Shown here piece after piece: positions 50,180-60,799 of a DNA stretch of 64,000 nt (position 1 is its first letter; each line of letters opens with the position of its first letter). The notes under the pieces were generated by a model, which was not told the origin of the DNA, did not search any database, and saw nothing but the letters and a program-made list of their open reading frames with translations. Source of the stretch: a virus; IMG/VR virus record IMGVR_UViG_3300022226_000004, positions 1-64,000 of that record, one strand, 5' to 3'. The position numbers and the translations under genes were made by a program.

Positions 50180-51053
50180 GATGGACAATGACGTGCAGTC
50201 TTTGCGCGACCAGTTGAAGGATGCTCGCGTGAAGCATGGCGCTTGGTCAGAAGTAAGGCACGGCGGAGCCACTTACCTAGGCCCAGTTTGGTCTCATCAT
50301 CAAGGAGATTTTCACTGGAGCAAGCGAGTTGGCAACACAGCTATAATGGTTTTGGAAAGCGAGCAATGATAACGACGCTAAAGGATCTCTTTAAGGAGGT
50401 TGGCGTTGACACGCTGGCGGCCCTCAAGAAATCCATCTTCAAGGGCACTGAATGTGGCGCATGGATTGAGCCTGGCGAGGGCTACGTCGTGCTCGGCAGC
50501 ATCGTTGAAGGCAGTGATGCGGAGGCAACGCCCGTGGAATTGTTCTATCCATTCAGCCGGGATGATTTCTGGCAAGCACTTGAAAGCGTGGACAAGGAAG
50601 CCTGCGCATTATGGGAAGAAGCGAACACTGAAGATGATGATGACCTATGATCAACTAATCGCCGGCCTGATCCTCACGCTGGCATTGCTATGGAGCACGA
50701 TGATGCTATGAAGTATGGACTAGTCATCAAGGTAGTGCTGCCTTCCGTGATGGAGGCAGTGCTTTTGGTGGAAACCAAGCGCGGCCAAGGTGCCAAGGCA
50801 TGGTTTCATAACACTGGGCACGGGCAATGGGCCGTGTGTTGGAGGCACAAGAGATGAGTGCAGCAAAGCTATACCCAAGGCTTTTGGTTTACCAGCTGAT
50901 CGGAGGTCAGGAGATTTACGTGGGCAAGGTCATGCTGGAAGGGCAGACCCACCAAGAGGCTGTCGCTGAGCTAAGGAAACGACTATTGCCTCGTCATCGA
51001 GTGGCAACGAAGTCAATGGATAAGACGGGCAGCCTCGAGGTGCTCATATACTG

Positions 51054-51503
51054 ATGACAACCAAGGAGTATAAGGTGGTGGCATTGCGCGAGTGTCCGAG
51101 CAGTGTCAGTCAATGCGACGAGCCCGCGAAAGCTGTGACTTACTGGCATGAGTGCATTGCGAGTGACGAAAGGCACAACCCGGATGTCGAGAACATGGTT
51201 GTCTTGATGCTGACAACCAGAAGGAAAGTGATCGGGCATTACATCGCAGGAGTGGGTGTGCTAGACGGTGTCTTGGTTCACCCAAGGGAGATATTCCGGG
51301 CCGCCATAGTTGCGGCAGCCCATGCGATTATCTTGATGCACAATCACCCGAGCGGAGACCCTGCGCCATCTGAAGCAGATGTCCGGGTTACGCGAGACCT
51401 TCGCTCAGCCGGCCGCATCCTCAAGATGGACTTGCTAGACCATGTCATAGTCGGCTCAGGCGATCGGCCATGGGTTTCGATGAAAGAATTAGGATACTTA
51501 TGA
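51054..51503 (+). CDS. radC: RadC-like JAB/MPN domain protein
   Basis: E..VHPREIFRAAI..HNHPSGDPAPSEAD..LLDHVIVG. Confidence 0.92.
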   Translation: MTTKEYKVVALRECPSSVSQCDEPAKAVTYWHECIASDERHNPDVENMVVLMLTTRRKVIGHYIAGVGVLDGVLVHPREIFRAAIVAAAHAIILMHNHPSGDPAPSEADVRVTRDLRSAGRILKMDLLDHVIVGSGDRPWVSMKELGYL

Positions 51504-51681
51504 CAGAAGAACAGAACGCATTGGTCGCAGAGCTCAGGCAAAAGCTCTTTGAGGTATCGGCCCAGCTCAACGCGGTATTGCATGATCGCAACACTGACGG
51601 GCTGTGGGGAATCCTCACTGATGTCAAGTGGGATTGCGACTACGTCATGGATCACATGCTAAAGCTGATGAAGGATAACAA

Positions 51682-52020
51682 ATGACAAGAGAGGAATACG
51701 AGAAGTATTGCGCTGACTTTGAGCGCGGCACCAAGGGGCTGGAGTTTCTATCGAGCGGAGCCAGTCACAACTGCGGTGAATGCAACCCGGAAGGGCTCAC
51801 TGAGGAGGAGTTCGGGCACGACCATGATCCATGGTTTTCAGCGAGCCCGTGCGACATCTGTGGCGGGCTGGCTGGCAATCGAGAGCCGGCTCATGGCTGG
51901 CTGAAGATGGATAACGGAACCGAAGAGCTGTGCCACATAGATATATGCGTGGACTGTGTTTACTTCATGGAATACGGGCAGCTCGACGACATGACAATGC
52001 TAGACATGGAGGAAGAATGA
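51682..52020 (+). CDS. Cys-rich acidic early protein
   Basis: CGEC, CDIC, CVDC. Confidence 0.65.
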   Translation: MTREEYEKYCADFERGTKGLEFLSSGASHNCGECNPEGLTEEEFGHDHDPWFSASPCDICGGLAGNREPAHGWLKMDNGTEELCHIDICVDCVYFMEYGQLDDMTMLDMEEE

Positions 52021-52808
52021 TACTGAACGACCTTGACCGAACGGCAGTCAACATCACCATGATTTGCGCGGCAAAACTGGATGACAACCTGCTCACCGTT
52101 AATTTCGGGGCAGGGTGGTGGATGACACTGAAATACAGCACCATTGATGGCGCGTATGCGGACTGGCATAGGATCACTGACATAATGGACGATAAGGAGT
52201 ATGAAAGAAAATACTGATCAACAGTGGTGGATTATCCACCTGCGTTCCGGGGAAGCGATAAAGTTCTTCGGAGCCGTGCAGATAGAGTTCGAGCCCGGTG
52301 GTGAGCTCAAGAGATTTAGCTGGAAACAATTTGTCATCAACAAAGGAGACACTGCGTTGATCTATATCAATCCCGAGGATGTAGCCGCGATAACAGCGAT
52401 AGCGGAAGGTGAGTCATGAGACTATTCTACTGCGATCACAATCACAAGGCCACTGAGGTCAGGCTATTGCCTTGCGGTGGTGGGGGCTACGTTCAGTGTT
52501 GCGAGAGGCACTACAAGAAGGAGATGCACTATCGTTTCTCTCGCTTCATGCAAGAGGAGGTGCCGTATGAGTTCCCTTTATGGCGAGACCTCAAGGTGGT
52601 GGAGTGATGACACCTCAAGAAGATATTGAGCAGGTGATGGCCATCGAGGAAGTGGCCATGGTTGAAGACCGGGAGGAATACTTGGCATGCCTCAATGGTA
52701 AGCCAATGGCTGAGCGGCATACCGAACGCGAGGTCAGGGATGGTTGCATCCTAGTGAATCATGTTTACCTTTTTAGAAAGACCCGTAACCCGTGAGTGCG
52801 GTAACAAG

Positions 52809-53032
52809 GCGTGGGTTCTTGGATTGCCCTTCATACTTGCGACGCGTGACGCAAGGCCAACCACTGGGATCACGCAATTACTTTCGGCAGGACATACACT
52901 GTCGTCAGCAGGCTCCCTTCGGGGTCGAGCTGACATGCGTGAGTGCGCAATCCCGTGGGCAAACCACGGACAAGAAACGCTGAGACGAACAACAACAAGC
53001 TGATTAGGGGTGCCGCATCAACACGGCACCCC
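52809..53032 (+). ncRNA. candidate structured RNA (~220 nt)
   Basis: Nested helices, C(UUCG)G hairpin, GCAAA-loop hairpin, terminal 9-bp hairpin. Confidence 0.55.
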
Positions 53033-53842
53033 GTTACTACAATGACAACACTGACATGGATTCTAATGATCATCTTCACTGGCATCGCAGCCCGCCTAAC
53101 GGTGAGAGCCAAGCAGTATGATGCTCGACACAAAGGCAAGAAGCACAAAACATTGCGACTGACATGAAGGACATCGTGGCGGTCGCGATTGCGTTCCTGT
53201 TTGTGGCACTGGCTTTCCTGCTAGTGCTACAAGTTCAGGAAATCACGGAGGAGCAAGGGGCCAAGGAATGGGAGCAGCTAATCAAATGAAACGGAAACTG
53301 ACAGACGCTGAGAAGAACATGCGGGAGTGGATAAAGCAGCACAACAAGCGCAAATGGGCGGACATCAAGCGCCGCAAGAAGTTTGTGCCGCTGCCAGCCC
53401 ACCAAGAAGTAACACTCAAATGAAGGCATGAGTTATGAACCCTGACGAAGTGGTGGCAACGCTGTTCGAAACACCATTCGGGCAGTATTGGGAGGTTCAT
53501 GCACGGGACGGACAGAAACTCGGTGAGGTAGCCGGAACAGTGGTTACTGACGCGCAATTACACTTGCTCTTGGATGAGAGAGCCGTCGAAGAGCACGGGT
53601 CTGTTCGGATCCTGCAAGCAAGGCAGGTTATCTGCGGGGTGGAAAGGCGGTAGCACTGCGATGCATATCAGGATCAATACTTTCGCGGACGACGAGGATG
53701 AGGCTGAATATATCGTCGCGCAACTCACCAAGAAGATACATGAGCAGCTTCGCCGGCCGCCCGCCAAGTGCACGGCACCAGAGGACGCTGACGTGCTACG
53801 CAATCGCAATGGAACAATCATGGGAACCATCAAGGTAAGGAA

Positions 53843-54157
53843 ATGAGAGCCGACATAGACCAAGACAAGAGTTACTGGTGGGGCTCAGGCTCTGGGCGCA
53901 TTGAGTTCAATATGCCTGGGGAAGCAGTCCTTGATTGTCATCATCAAGGGGCATGCGACGAGGACGTGGAATACTGGCTGCCGAAAGCTAGGGAGTGGTT
54001 GAAGGATGTATCGGACGAGCTTCTGAGTGCCGAGCTCAAGGAGTATGGAGCATGGGATGAAGAAGAGCGAGAGGATCGTGACGACAATATCATGCGCCTG
54101 ATCTGGCTCGCTGCCGGCGACATCCAGGAAGATGACGAAGCAGAGGAGGAAGAATGA
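53843..54157 (+). CDS. acidic early protein
   Basis: CHHQGACDEDV..LKEYGAWD..RLIWLAAGDI. Confidence 0.65.
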   Translation: MRADIDQDKSYWWGSGSGRIEFNMPGEAVLDCHHQGACDEDVEYWLPKAREWLKDVSDELLSAELKEYGAWDEEEREDRDDNIMRLIWLAAGDIQEDDEAEEEE

Positions 54158-54570
54158 TCACTAAAGCAAAAGCCAATGAGATCCGGCGGCGCAGTGAGCG
54201 TCTAGAGAAATGGATCACAGACAACGGCTATCGGGACAAGACTGGGTGGGCAAGCTACCCCTCTGACAAGGTGCCAAAGAAGTGCAGAGTCGGCAACACG
54301 GAGTTGTCCGCGCTTGAAGTCTACGAGTGGATGACCAGCCCGCCTGACAAATACTTCCTGTATGTCAGCGAAGACAACGCAACGGCCACCACCTGGATGG
54401 GCGACAAGCTTGGGGCAGTGACGTTCGGCAAACCCTATAGTTCTCCAGGGTTTGGCGGCTTCGGGAGCCAGAGGGTGCCCGTCAGGGTCAAGGGGATCAA
54501 TGGAGTGGAATACTACGGGACATACTACAAGTCATCGGGTGACTACGCAAGGGTGAAGAGATGCAACTAA
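54154..54570 (+). CDS. early hypothetical protein
   Basis: 138 aa, coupled. Confidence 0.6.
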   Translation: MITKAKANEIRRRSERLEKWITDNGYRDKTGWASYPSDKVPKKCRVGNTELSALEVYEWMTSPPDKYFLYVSEDNATATTWMGDKLGAVTFGKPYSSPGFGGFGSQRVPVRVKGINGVEYYGTYYKSSGDYARVKRCN

Positions 54571-55151
54571 TCGACGAACTAAAGGAGCTTGCCAGGAATT
54601 GGCAGCACAAGCGAGACACGGGATCCCTGATCGAAGATCGTGGATTCAACAACGCGAAGGCAATGTGCGCCCACCAGTTGCTGGGAGCACTGGAGCAATA
54701 CGAAAAAGACAATGACATTCAATAAGGAAACGCATACATGGACTCACGACGGGGCGACGATCGAACCAACTAGCGATGGGAGCTTCTTTGTCCCCACGTT
54801 GGGGCGGACGTATTCGTCGCTTGATGCTGCAGAAAAAGCCATTGGAAAAGCTGCCCGCATTGACCGCAAAAAGCCAAAGGTAGAATTCATGTGGGTTAAA
54901 GGCGAGGAAGTCAAGCGGGCAACGTTTGGCGGCATCCACTTCGGTAGCGGCCGGCCAACCATTAACGGAAAGCAAGAATACAGCTGTCAGTATGTCAACT
55001 CCTCCAAGGCGGCCAGGTTGCGCCAAGTTCTTCAACAGATCGAGGCGCTTGTCAAAGAGAAGCAACGACTACTCCGATTAGTGATAACCACACAAGATCC
55101 GGAACAAGACCAGGAGCGCATAGCAAAACTACTAGAAGAAAGCATGAAGTC

Positions 55152-55661
55152 ATGAACAGTATAGACTACGGAACACTGAACGGTAAGATCCTATGCAACA
55201 ACGACGAAGAGCGGCTTGTTCGCTACGGTGTGGTTCACATCAACTCCCTGCACTACGATGTCTGGGACGACCTCGAGGCAGACTTCGGGCTACCTGTGTG
55301 CCAAAAGTGCGGCAATGCAATGGAGGACGTTGAGCCTCTTGACGGTATTTATCATTGCCCGCTGTGCAGGCGACAGAACCATGAGGACGAAGTCTTCGGC
55401 GATGAGCCTGCCTACTACTACTACGTCGGTGAGGGCTGCAAGATGTTCAGCGCCTTCGACAACACCTGCCTGTTCGTGACCAAGAGCACGCACGTCATGA
55501 AGGTTAGGCTGTGCTCACCTTGTGCACCTGGGGCGGGCGACATCGACAGCCCGGACGACGACCATGGATGGTGGGCATACTGTCCTCCGCCTTCCTGGTG
55601 GCCGGACGGCGAGGCGCCTGAGATGCATAAGGTCAGTGAAAGAAAGAAGTGGAACATATAA
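55152..55661 (+). CDS. Cys-rich Zn-ribbon early protein
   Basis: CQKC, CPLC, CSPC. Confidence 0.65.
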   Translation: MNSIDYGTLNGKILCNNDEERLVRYGVVHINSLHYDVWDDLEADFGLPVCQKCGNAMEDVEPLDGIYHCPLCRRQNHEDEVFGDEPAYYYYVGEGCKMFSAFDNTCLFVTKSTHVMKVRLCSPCAPGAGDIDSPDDDHGWWAYCPPPSWWPDGEAPEMHKVSERKKWNI

Positions 55662-55671
55662 GAGAAAAGCA

Positions 55672-56010
55672 ATGAAGAACATGAAACTAGTGGGTCAGCT
55701 TTTGGAACTCCTAACTGATGACAGTTCGGAAGCAGGGTGTCACGCCAATCACATCGATGCCTTCATAGGCAAGTCGGTATTCATCCGCACTGTCACCCTG
55801 TATTACACAGGGCGCCTGGTCAAGGTGGAAGACAAGTTCCTTGTGCTCACAGATGCGGCTTGGATAGCAGACACGGGTCGCCTTAGCGAGGCGTTGATAT
55901 CCGGGCAGTTCAATGAAGTAGAGCCGATGCCCGGACCAATCCTGGTAGCAATTAACGCCATCGTAGAGCTGTCCGAGTTTAGTCACCCTTTGCCAAGAGT
56001 GGCAAAATGA
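55672..56010 (+). CDS. Sm-like (DUF6948-like) protein
   Basis: IGKSVFIRTVTLYYTGRL..LTDAAWIADTGR..EVEP. Confidence 0.65.
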   Translation: MKNMKLVGQLLELLTDDSSEAGCHANHIDAFIGKSVFIRTVTLYYTGRLVKVEDKFLVLTDAAWIADTGRLSEALISGQFNEVEPMPGPILVAINAIVELSEFSHPLPRVAK

Positions 56011-56348
56011 CAGCTGCGTTATTGGCTGGGTGTTGGTTTTCGCCTAGGTCTGAGCCTGCATCTTTGTCTAGGTCTTGGTCCAGGGTTTTGACTGGGTCCA
56101 GGTCTTGGGCTGGGTCTAGGTCTGGGTTTTCGTCTAGGTCTGGGTCTTCGGCTGGGTCTTGGGCTAGGTTTTCGGCTGGGTCTTGGTCTTGGGCTAGGTC
56201 TGGGTCCAGGTCTTGGGCTGGGTCTAGGTCTGGGTTTTCGTCTAGGTCTGGGTCTTCGGCTGGGTCTTGGGCTAGGTTTTCGGCTGGGTCTTGGTCTTGG
56301 GCTAGGTCTGGGCCTAGGTCTGGGTCTGGGTCTAGGTCTGGGGGATAG
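56007..56348 (+). CDS. Ser/Gly/Arg/Trp low-complexity repeat protein
   Basis: ATGA coupling to the Sm-like gene; dipeptide-periodic SRSWAGSRSG. Confidence 0.5.
   Translation: MTAALLAGCWFSPRSEPASLSRSWSRVLTGSRSWAGSRSGFSSRSGSSAGSWARFSAGSWSWARSGSRSWAGSRSGFSSRSGSSAGSWARFSAGSWSWARSGPRSGSGSRSGG
56092..56312 (+). repeat. 108-bp direct tandem duplication built of 6-bp GGTCT-like units
   Basis: Copies start at 56092 and 56200. Confidence 0.9.
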
Positions 56349-57053
56349 ATGGATGCAACCAAAAAATCAAGATATGAATCGTGTAGCTATTATTGTAATG
56401 GCCCTGACGGCAGCGTTCTTTATTACTGTTATCGGGAAAGCACTCTGGTCATGCACTTCCAGGCATCGCAACAATGTCACCCAAAAGAACAAACGTGACA
56501 GGCAGATATGGGAGGCCAGCCGGATTGACTGGGATGCACTGGCTAAAATGCCCATAGAGGAACGAGTGCGGCAAGTAGATAGTCTGCACCAAGCAGGTCA
56601 GCTAGTCGAGAGGGAGGCAGAAGATATATGAAGCCATGGAACTAACACTAACATTGCTTACTAGCGGGCGCGTCTCCGTGCAGTTCGAAGGCGTGACCCA
56701 CTGCGAGACCTCGTTGACCTATGAGGCCGGCGTAAAGGTAGGGCGAATCGCGGCTAATGATGAGCCGACACTCGGCATTTCAATGAGTGTCGCACCTGCC
56801 GCAAATAAAAGTGAATTCGATGCCTTCATTGAAGGCCTTCGAGATGGACAACAACAAGTGAACGAAGAAGTATGAAAGCACAACAGAATGAAGTTTGGGA
56901 TGCACTGTGCAGGCTCTCGAAGCAAGAGCGTTTCGTGGAGTTCTGCGTGTGGGTCAGCGACGCAAGCGAAGATGAGCTCAGGCTAGTGCTGATCGAGGTC
57001 TTGTCTGCGGATGACATGGTGAACTGGAACAGCAAAGTGAAAAGATTGAGACT

Positions 57054-57860
57054 ATGACAGCACAATACATTATCGAAGCACTCGACCTCTTTGAGTCCGA
57101 CATCACGTTCGGTGAGGTAGGGGAACCTGGATACGACAGCGAGCCAATGTATGCGTTCGCCAATTGGAATAGCACACGGGCCTTCGTGCTCGGCAAGGGC
57201 TATGTCGGCGAGAAGGACAACACGATGCCGCGCATTGCGAAGCTGCTCGAAGCTAAGGGCGTTGTGTGCGAGTATCCGGACGAGTGGGCTAGCTGCGAGG
57301 ACTGTGGCAAGTTCTTTCGCACCAGTCCTGATTGTTATGGGTGGCTGCCCACGATCATCATCGGTGAATACGGTGGAGGATCCTGTATCTGCCCTGACTG
57401 CATTGATCATGCGGACTACCTTGAAGAACTTGAGGGCGACCACGAGACCGCACTAAAGGTTGACGCAATCGACCCAGCTGAGCACGGCTACCACAGGGTG
57501 GACGACGAGTTCGAAACCGGGTTTCACCGGGGTCAAGATGACTCCCCCAAGAAGGTTGCCAAGGCGCTGCGAGACCAGGGCATTACTAGGTTCTTGTTCC
57601 GGGTGGATAGCGTCGGGCAGTTCGATTCGAACTGGTCTGTGTGGATCCACGATGAGGAATGGGAGCGCTTCAAGGGCTTGCAGGGCAGTGACACCCGATT
57701 CGATCCCGGAATGTCGCCCTCCGAATGCATGGAACGTGGGCTGAAAGCAGCTACGAATGAGCACAGGGCTGGGCATGTAACGGTGAACCGCATCGACACA
57801 TCCACCGGGGAATGCACGACAGAGTTCAAGACAAAGCAGGAGTTCATAGAAGGAAGGTAA
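57054..57860 (+). CDS. acidic Cys-containing early protein
   Basis: 268 aa; CEDC, CPDC. Confidence 0.65.
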   Translation: MTAQYIIEALDLFESDITFGEVGEPGYDSEPMYAFANWNSTRAFVLGKGYVGEKDNTMPRIAKLLEAKGVVCEYPDEWASCEDCGKFFRTSPDCYGWLPTIIIGEYGGGSCICPDCIDHADYLEELEGDHETALKVDAIDPAEHGYHRVDDEFETGFHRGQDDSPKKVAKALRDQGITRFLFRVDSVGQFDSNWSVWIHDEEWERFKGLQGSDTRFDPGMSPSECMERGLKAATNEHRAGHVTVNRIDTSTGECTTEFKTKQEFIEGR

Positions 57861-57864
57861 CACA

Positions 57865-58287
57865 ATGATGTATTGTTCATGGGTCACAGTCAGCATCCCA
57901 GCGTCAAAGCAGGAGGAATACCTGGAGGCATTAGCGTCACCTGCGCGTTCGCATGGCTCGCCCGACAAACTAAGTGGGGAGACCGGGCGCAAGTATGTCA
58001 CACTGGAATGGGAGCAAGCAAGCGCTTCAGTGTCGAGCTTCTGTGTTGACGGCATTCCCATGGTTGGGCAATGCGGATCCACTGAGGAGTTCCCGGCCGA
58101 GAAGTGGGCGTGGGACGGCACTAGATACGAAGTGTCGCAAATCAACGAGGACGAAGCCCACCTGTTGGCTGTGGGCGAAGGCACTGAGCCGGGATATGTC
58201 GATGAAGACGACCTGAATTCCGGGATCAAAAGTATAGAGAGGTTTCTAAAGTTCATGCACGAATGCGAAAGGATGCTCGATGGGTAA
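57865..58287 (+). CDS. hypothetical protein
   Basis: 140 aa with GGAAGG upstream. Confidence 0.55.
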   Translation: MMYCSWVTVSIPASKQEEYLEALASPARSHGSPDKLSGETGRKYVTLEWEQASASVSSFCVDGIPMVGQCGSTEEFPAEKWAWDGTRYEVSQINEDEAHLLAVGEGTEPGYVDEDDLNSGIKSIERFLKFMHECERMLDG

Positions 58288-58732
58288 CGGAAGAATACTA
58301 TTAAGAAAGGCCTCGACCAACGAGGAAATGTGGTTCAACAAACAGGGAGTGTGGTTAGCTGGAGCCCTGATCTGGGCTGGTGGCTCCAAGATCTACGTGG
58401 TGGCAAACGAAGGATCTGTCATGGAGACGGTTCACGCCCGGCAACTAGAACTAATAATTGAACCGATGCTCAGGCTGCCATGAAACTAGAGGCCATACTG
58501 TTTGTAACCGTGTCTGTTTTGGCCATACTTGGGGCGGTTATCGCGATCAACAAATGTGAGCAGCGCCTCCGTCAAGCCGGGGAAGCGGACAGTGAAACAC
58601 AGCGCCGGCCGCTCGCGCCCAATGCGAGACCGGAAATCAGGTATGACCCGATCGGCATCGAGAAGTTCGTTAAGCCGTATGATGCAAGGCCTGAGATTGA
58701 CCTAGGCAGTGGCATAAAGCTAAAACTCTAAC

Positions 58733-59071
58733 ATGATAGCAACGAAGGAAATTCACATCATACTGCAGGCTGCGCGGGAGAGGATCTGGCGGGGCATGCA
58801 GCAGCTAGAGCAAGAGCTGGCTGTGCATCTCTCGTTTGTCCGTGGCGACGAAAGTGCTTTTCGGAACTGCTACTATTGTCCAGCGCCAGGATCCAAGTGG
58901 AAGAAAAGAGACGAGAGAGCAGGCGAGCTAAGGGAACAGATCGATAGCCATGCCACCATGCTGCAATTCCTGGACGACATCATTGAGCACAGGGGCGACA
59001 CCAAGGAGAGAGCCAAGCTGTTCGCGCAATACCTCAGTGGCGATCGCAGTTTCCTCCAGCCACGAAAGTAG
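58733..59071 (+). CDS. hypothetical protein
   Basis: 112 aa, coupled. Confidence 0.55.
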   Translation: MIATKEIHIILQAARERIWRGMQQLEQELAVHLSFVRGDESAFRNCYYCPAPGSKWKKRDERAGELREQIDSHATMLQFLDDIIEHRGDTKERAKLFAQYLSGDRSFLQPRK

Positions 59072-59072
59072 G

Positions 59073-59257
59073 TTGACAGAATAACGTGGGCATGCAAAGT
59101 TCTTTGGCGGTGGGTGTTCTGTAACTTCACCCACTCCATTGCCGGCGGCCAAGACGAGAGCCCACGCGTCTTGGCTGCCTCACTTTTCCGGGCGCGAGTT
59201 CTAGCGGCGCGGGGCTGCGTCGCCTCAAACCCGGCGGCTACCAGACCGTATCTGGTA
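59073..59257 (+). promoter_or_regulatory. promoter plus structured leader / attenuator-like hairpins
   Basis: TTGACA at 59073; hairpins 59110-34, 59144-79 (13 bp, then TCACTTTT) and 59239-57. Confidence 0.5.
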
Positions 59258-59273
59258 AACAGAAAGATAACAC

Positions 59274-60458
59274 ATGAGTAATACCACACTGATGGGCCAA
59301 GCTACTCGAGCTGGCCTCACACCTGACGCAAGTTCCATCACGACCGCAGAAGCTTGCCGGCAATGGGCGAGCAGACCGGAGGACGAACGCTACGAATCCC
59401 TTGATGCCTTGTTTGATGCGTGCAACTCGCGTCGCTCCCGGTCTCGAGAGGTTCACGTGGAGACAGCCAAGCTCGTTGTTAAGCCGCACGACAGCGGCGA
59501 GCTCGTGATCAATGGCGAAACCAGCGAGTCTAGATGGACACACTGGAGCTTCGGCCAGACCTGCCAGCTGGTCAAAGCACCGGCATCCTACATGCGGACG
59601 CTGCCTGATGTTCTGGTTCAAGCCAACCTGACGCACGGCCTGATGACCACACGGGACACCATGAAGTTCATGACGATAAACCCGGAGGAGGACGATGAGC
59701 TCACCACTCTGCAGGCCGTGACATCCACGACTTATGGCCGGATCTGGGATGCTGACTGCGTCACTGCGTGTCAACGCATCGTGGAGCGCAGCAATGGGCG
59801 CTTCCATAACCCGCTGGCCTATGCTGGTGGAGATTGGATGGGGCAGCAAGGCAGCACACCAAGGCCTAGCGGGCTCTACGCCTCCGATCGTGACGTGTTC
59901 ATGTTCCTCATCGATGGCGGCTCATTGCTTGAGGCTGGGCCTAGGGCTCAACTCAATCGGGGCTTCTTCATGTGGAACAGCGAGGTTGGAAGCCGATCGT
60001 TTGGGATCATGACCTTCCTGTTCAACCAGGTGTGTGGCAACCACATCATCTGGGGAGCCCAGGATGTGAACAAGGTGATCATAAGGCACTCCAGCGGTGG
60101 ACCTTACAGGTTCGAGCAAGAGGGAGCACCAACCCTGGATCGGTTCGTCAATGCCCCGGCCGCCCCGATTGAATCCGCGATCAAGAAGGCACAGGATTAC
60201 CTGCTGCCGAAGGCCAAGGATGAAGACACTGAACTCAAGGTGATCCGTTCGTTTACCGAACGCCGTGCCAAGTTCTCGGGCGCCGAGGTGCGTGATGCCA
60301 TCAGGTTCGCCAAGGCTGAGGAGGGCGATTGCCGCACGCTATGGCAGCTCGTTCAGGGTTTCACCGCAAGTGCCCGCGCAATCCCCCACATGGACACCAG
60401 GATTGACCTCGAGAAGCGGGCTGGCAAGCTCATGGATATCGTGACAGTCGTAGAATAG
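59274..60458 (+). CDS. DUF932-like protein
   Basis: THWSFGQ..AP..Y, YGRIWD, LYASDRDVF, RGFFMWNSEVG..VCGNH..IRH. Confidence 0.7.
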   Translation: MSNTTLMGQATRAGLTPDASSITTAEACRQWASRPEDERYESLDALFDACNSRRSRSREVHVETAKLVVKPHDSGELVINGETSESRWTHWSFGQTCQLVKAPASYMRTLPDVLVQANLTHGLMTTRDTMKFMTINPEEDDELTTLQAVTSTTYGRIWDADCVTACQRIVERSNGRFHNPLAYAGGDWMGQQGSTPRPSGLYASDRDVFMFLIDGGSLLEAGPRAQLNRGFFMWNSEVGSRSFGIMTFLFNQVCGNHIIWGAQDVNKVIIRHSSGGPYRFEQEGAPTLDRFVNAPAAPIESAIKKAQDYLLPKAKDEDTELKVIRSFTERRAKFSGAEVRDAIRFAKAEEGDCRTLWQLVQGFTASARAIPHMDTRIDLEKRAGKLMDIVTVVE

Positions 60459-60467
60459 GAGCCCACT

Positions 60468-60770
60468 ATGGACAGAATCTCTTTAGACAATGGCGGATGG
60501 TTCGACAGGAGTCAGGCCAAATGTTACGAAGAGGACCTATTGTGGGATGGCAAAAACTACATCTCATGTGCTACCCGGTCCCAATGGGAGCATCAATACC
60601 TCTACCACACGACTGGAGGCTCATGGGTCCTGTATAAGTGGAGTCAGTTCCAGGGCTCACTCCCATCCTACACGCAAATCACAGCGCATGAAGCCGTCAG
60701 ATGGCTCATCATGAACGGACACGATATTCCTGACAACCTGAAGGCATTAGCAACGGAACAAGAGCTCTAA
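60468..60770 (+). CDS. hypothetical protein
   Basis: AGGAG upstream; LYHTTGGSWVL. Confidence 0.6.
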   Translation: MDRISLDNGGWFDRSQAKCYEEDLLWDGKNYISCATRSQWEHQYLYHTTGGSWVLYKWSQFQGSLPSYTQITAHEAVRWLIMNGHDIPDNLKALATEQEL

Positions 60771-60799
60771 CCCCTGACGACCATGAGGGACCATTTGCC

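Noticed and set aside
56092-56312. DGR template/variable repeat pair
   Set aside because: Copies are adjacent and identical with no adenine-specific differences; no reverse transcriptase seen
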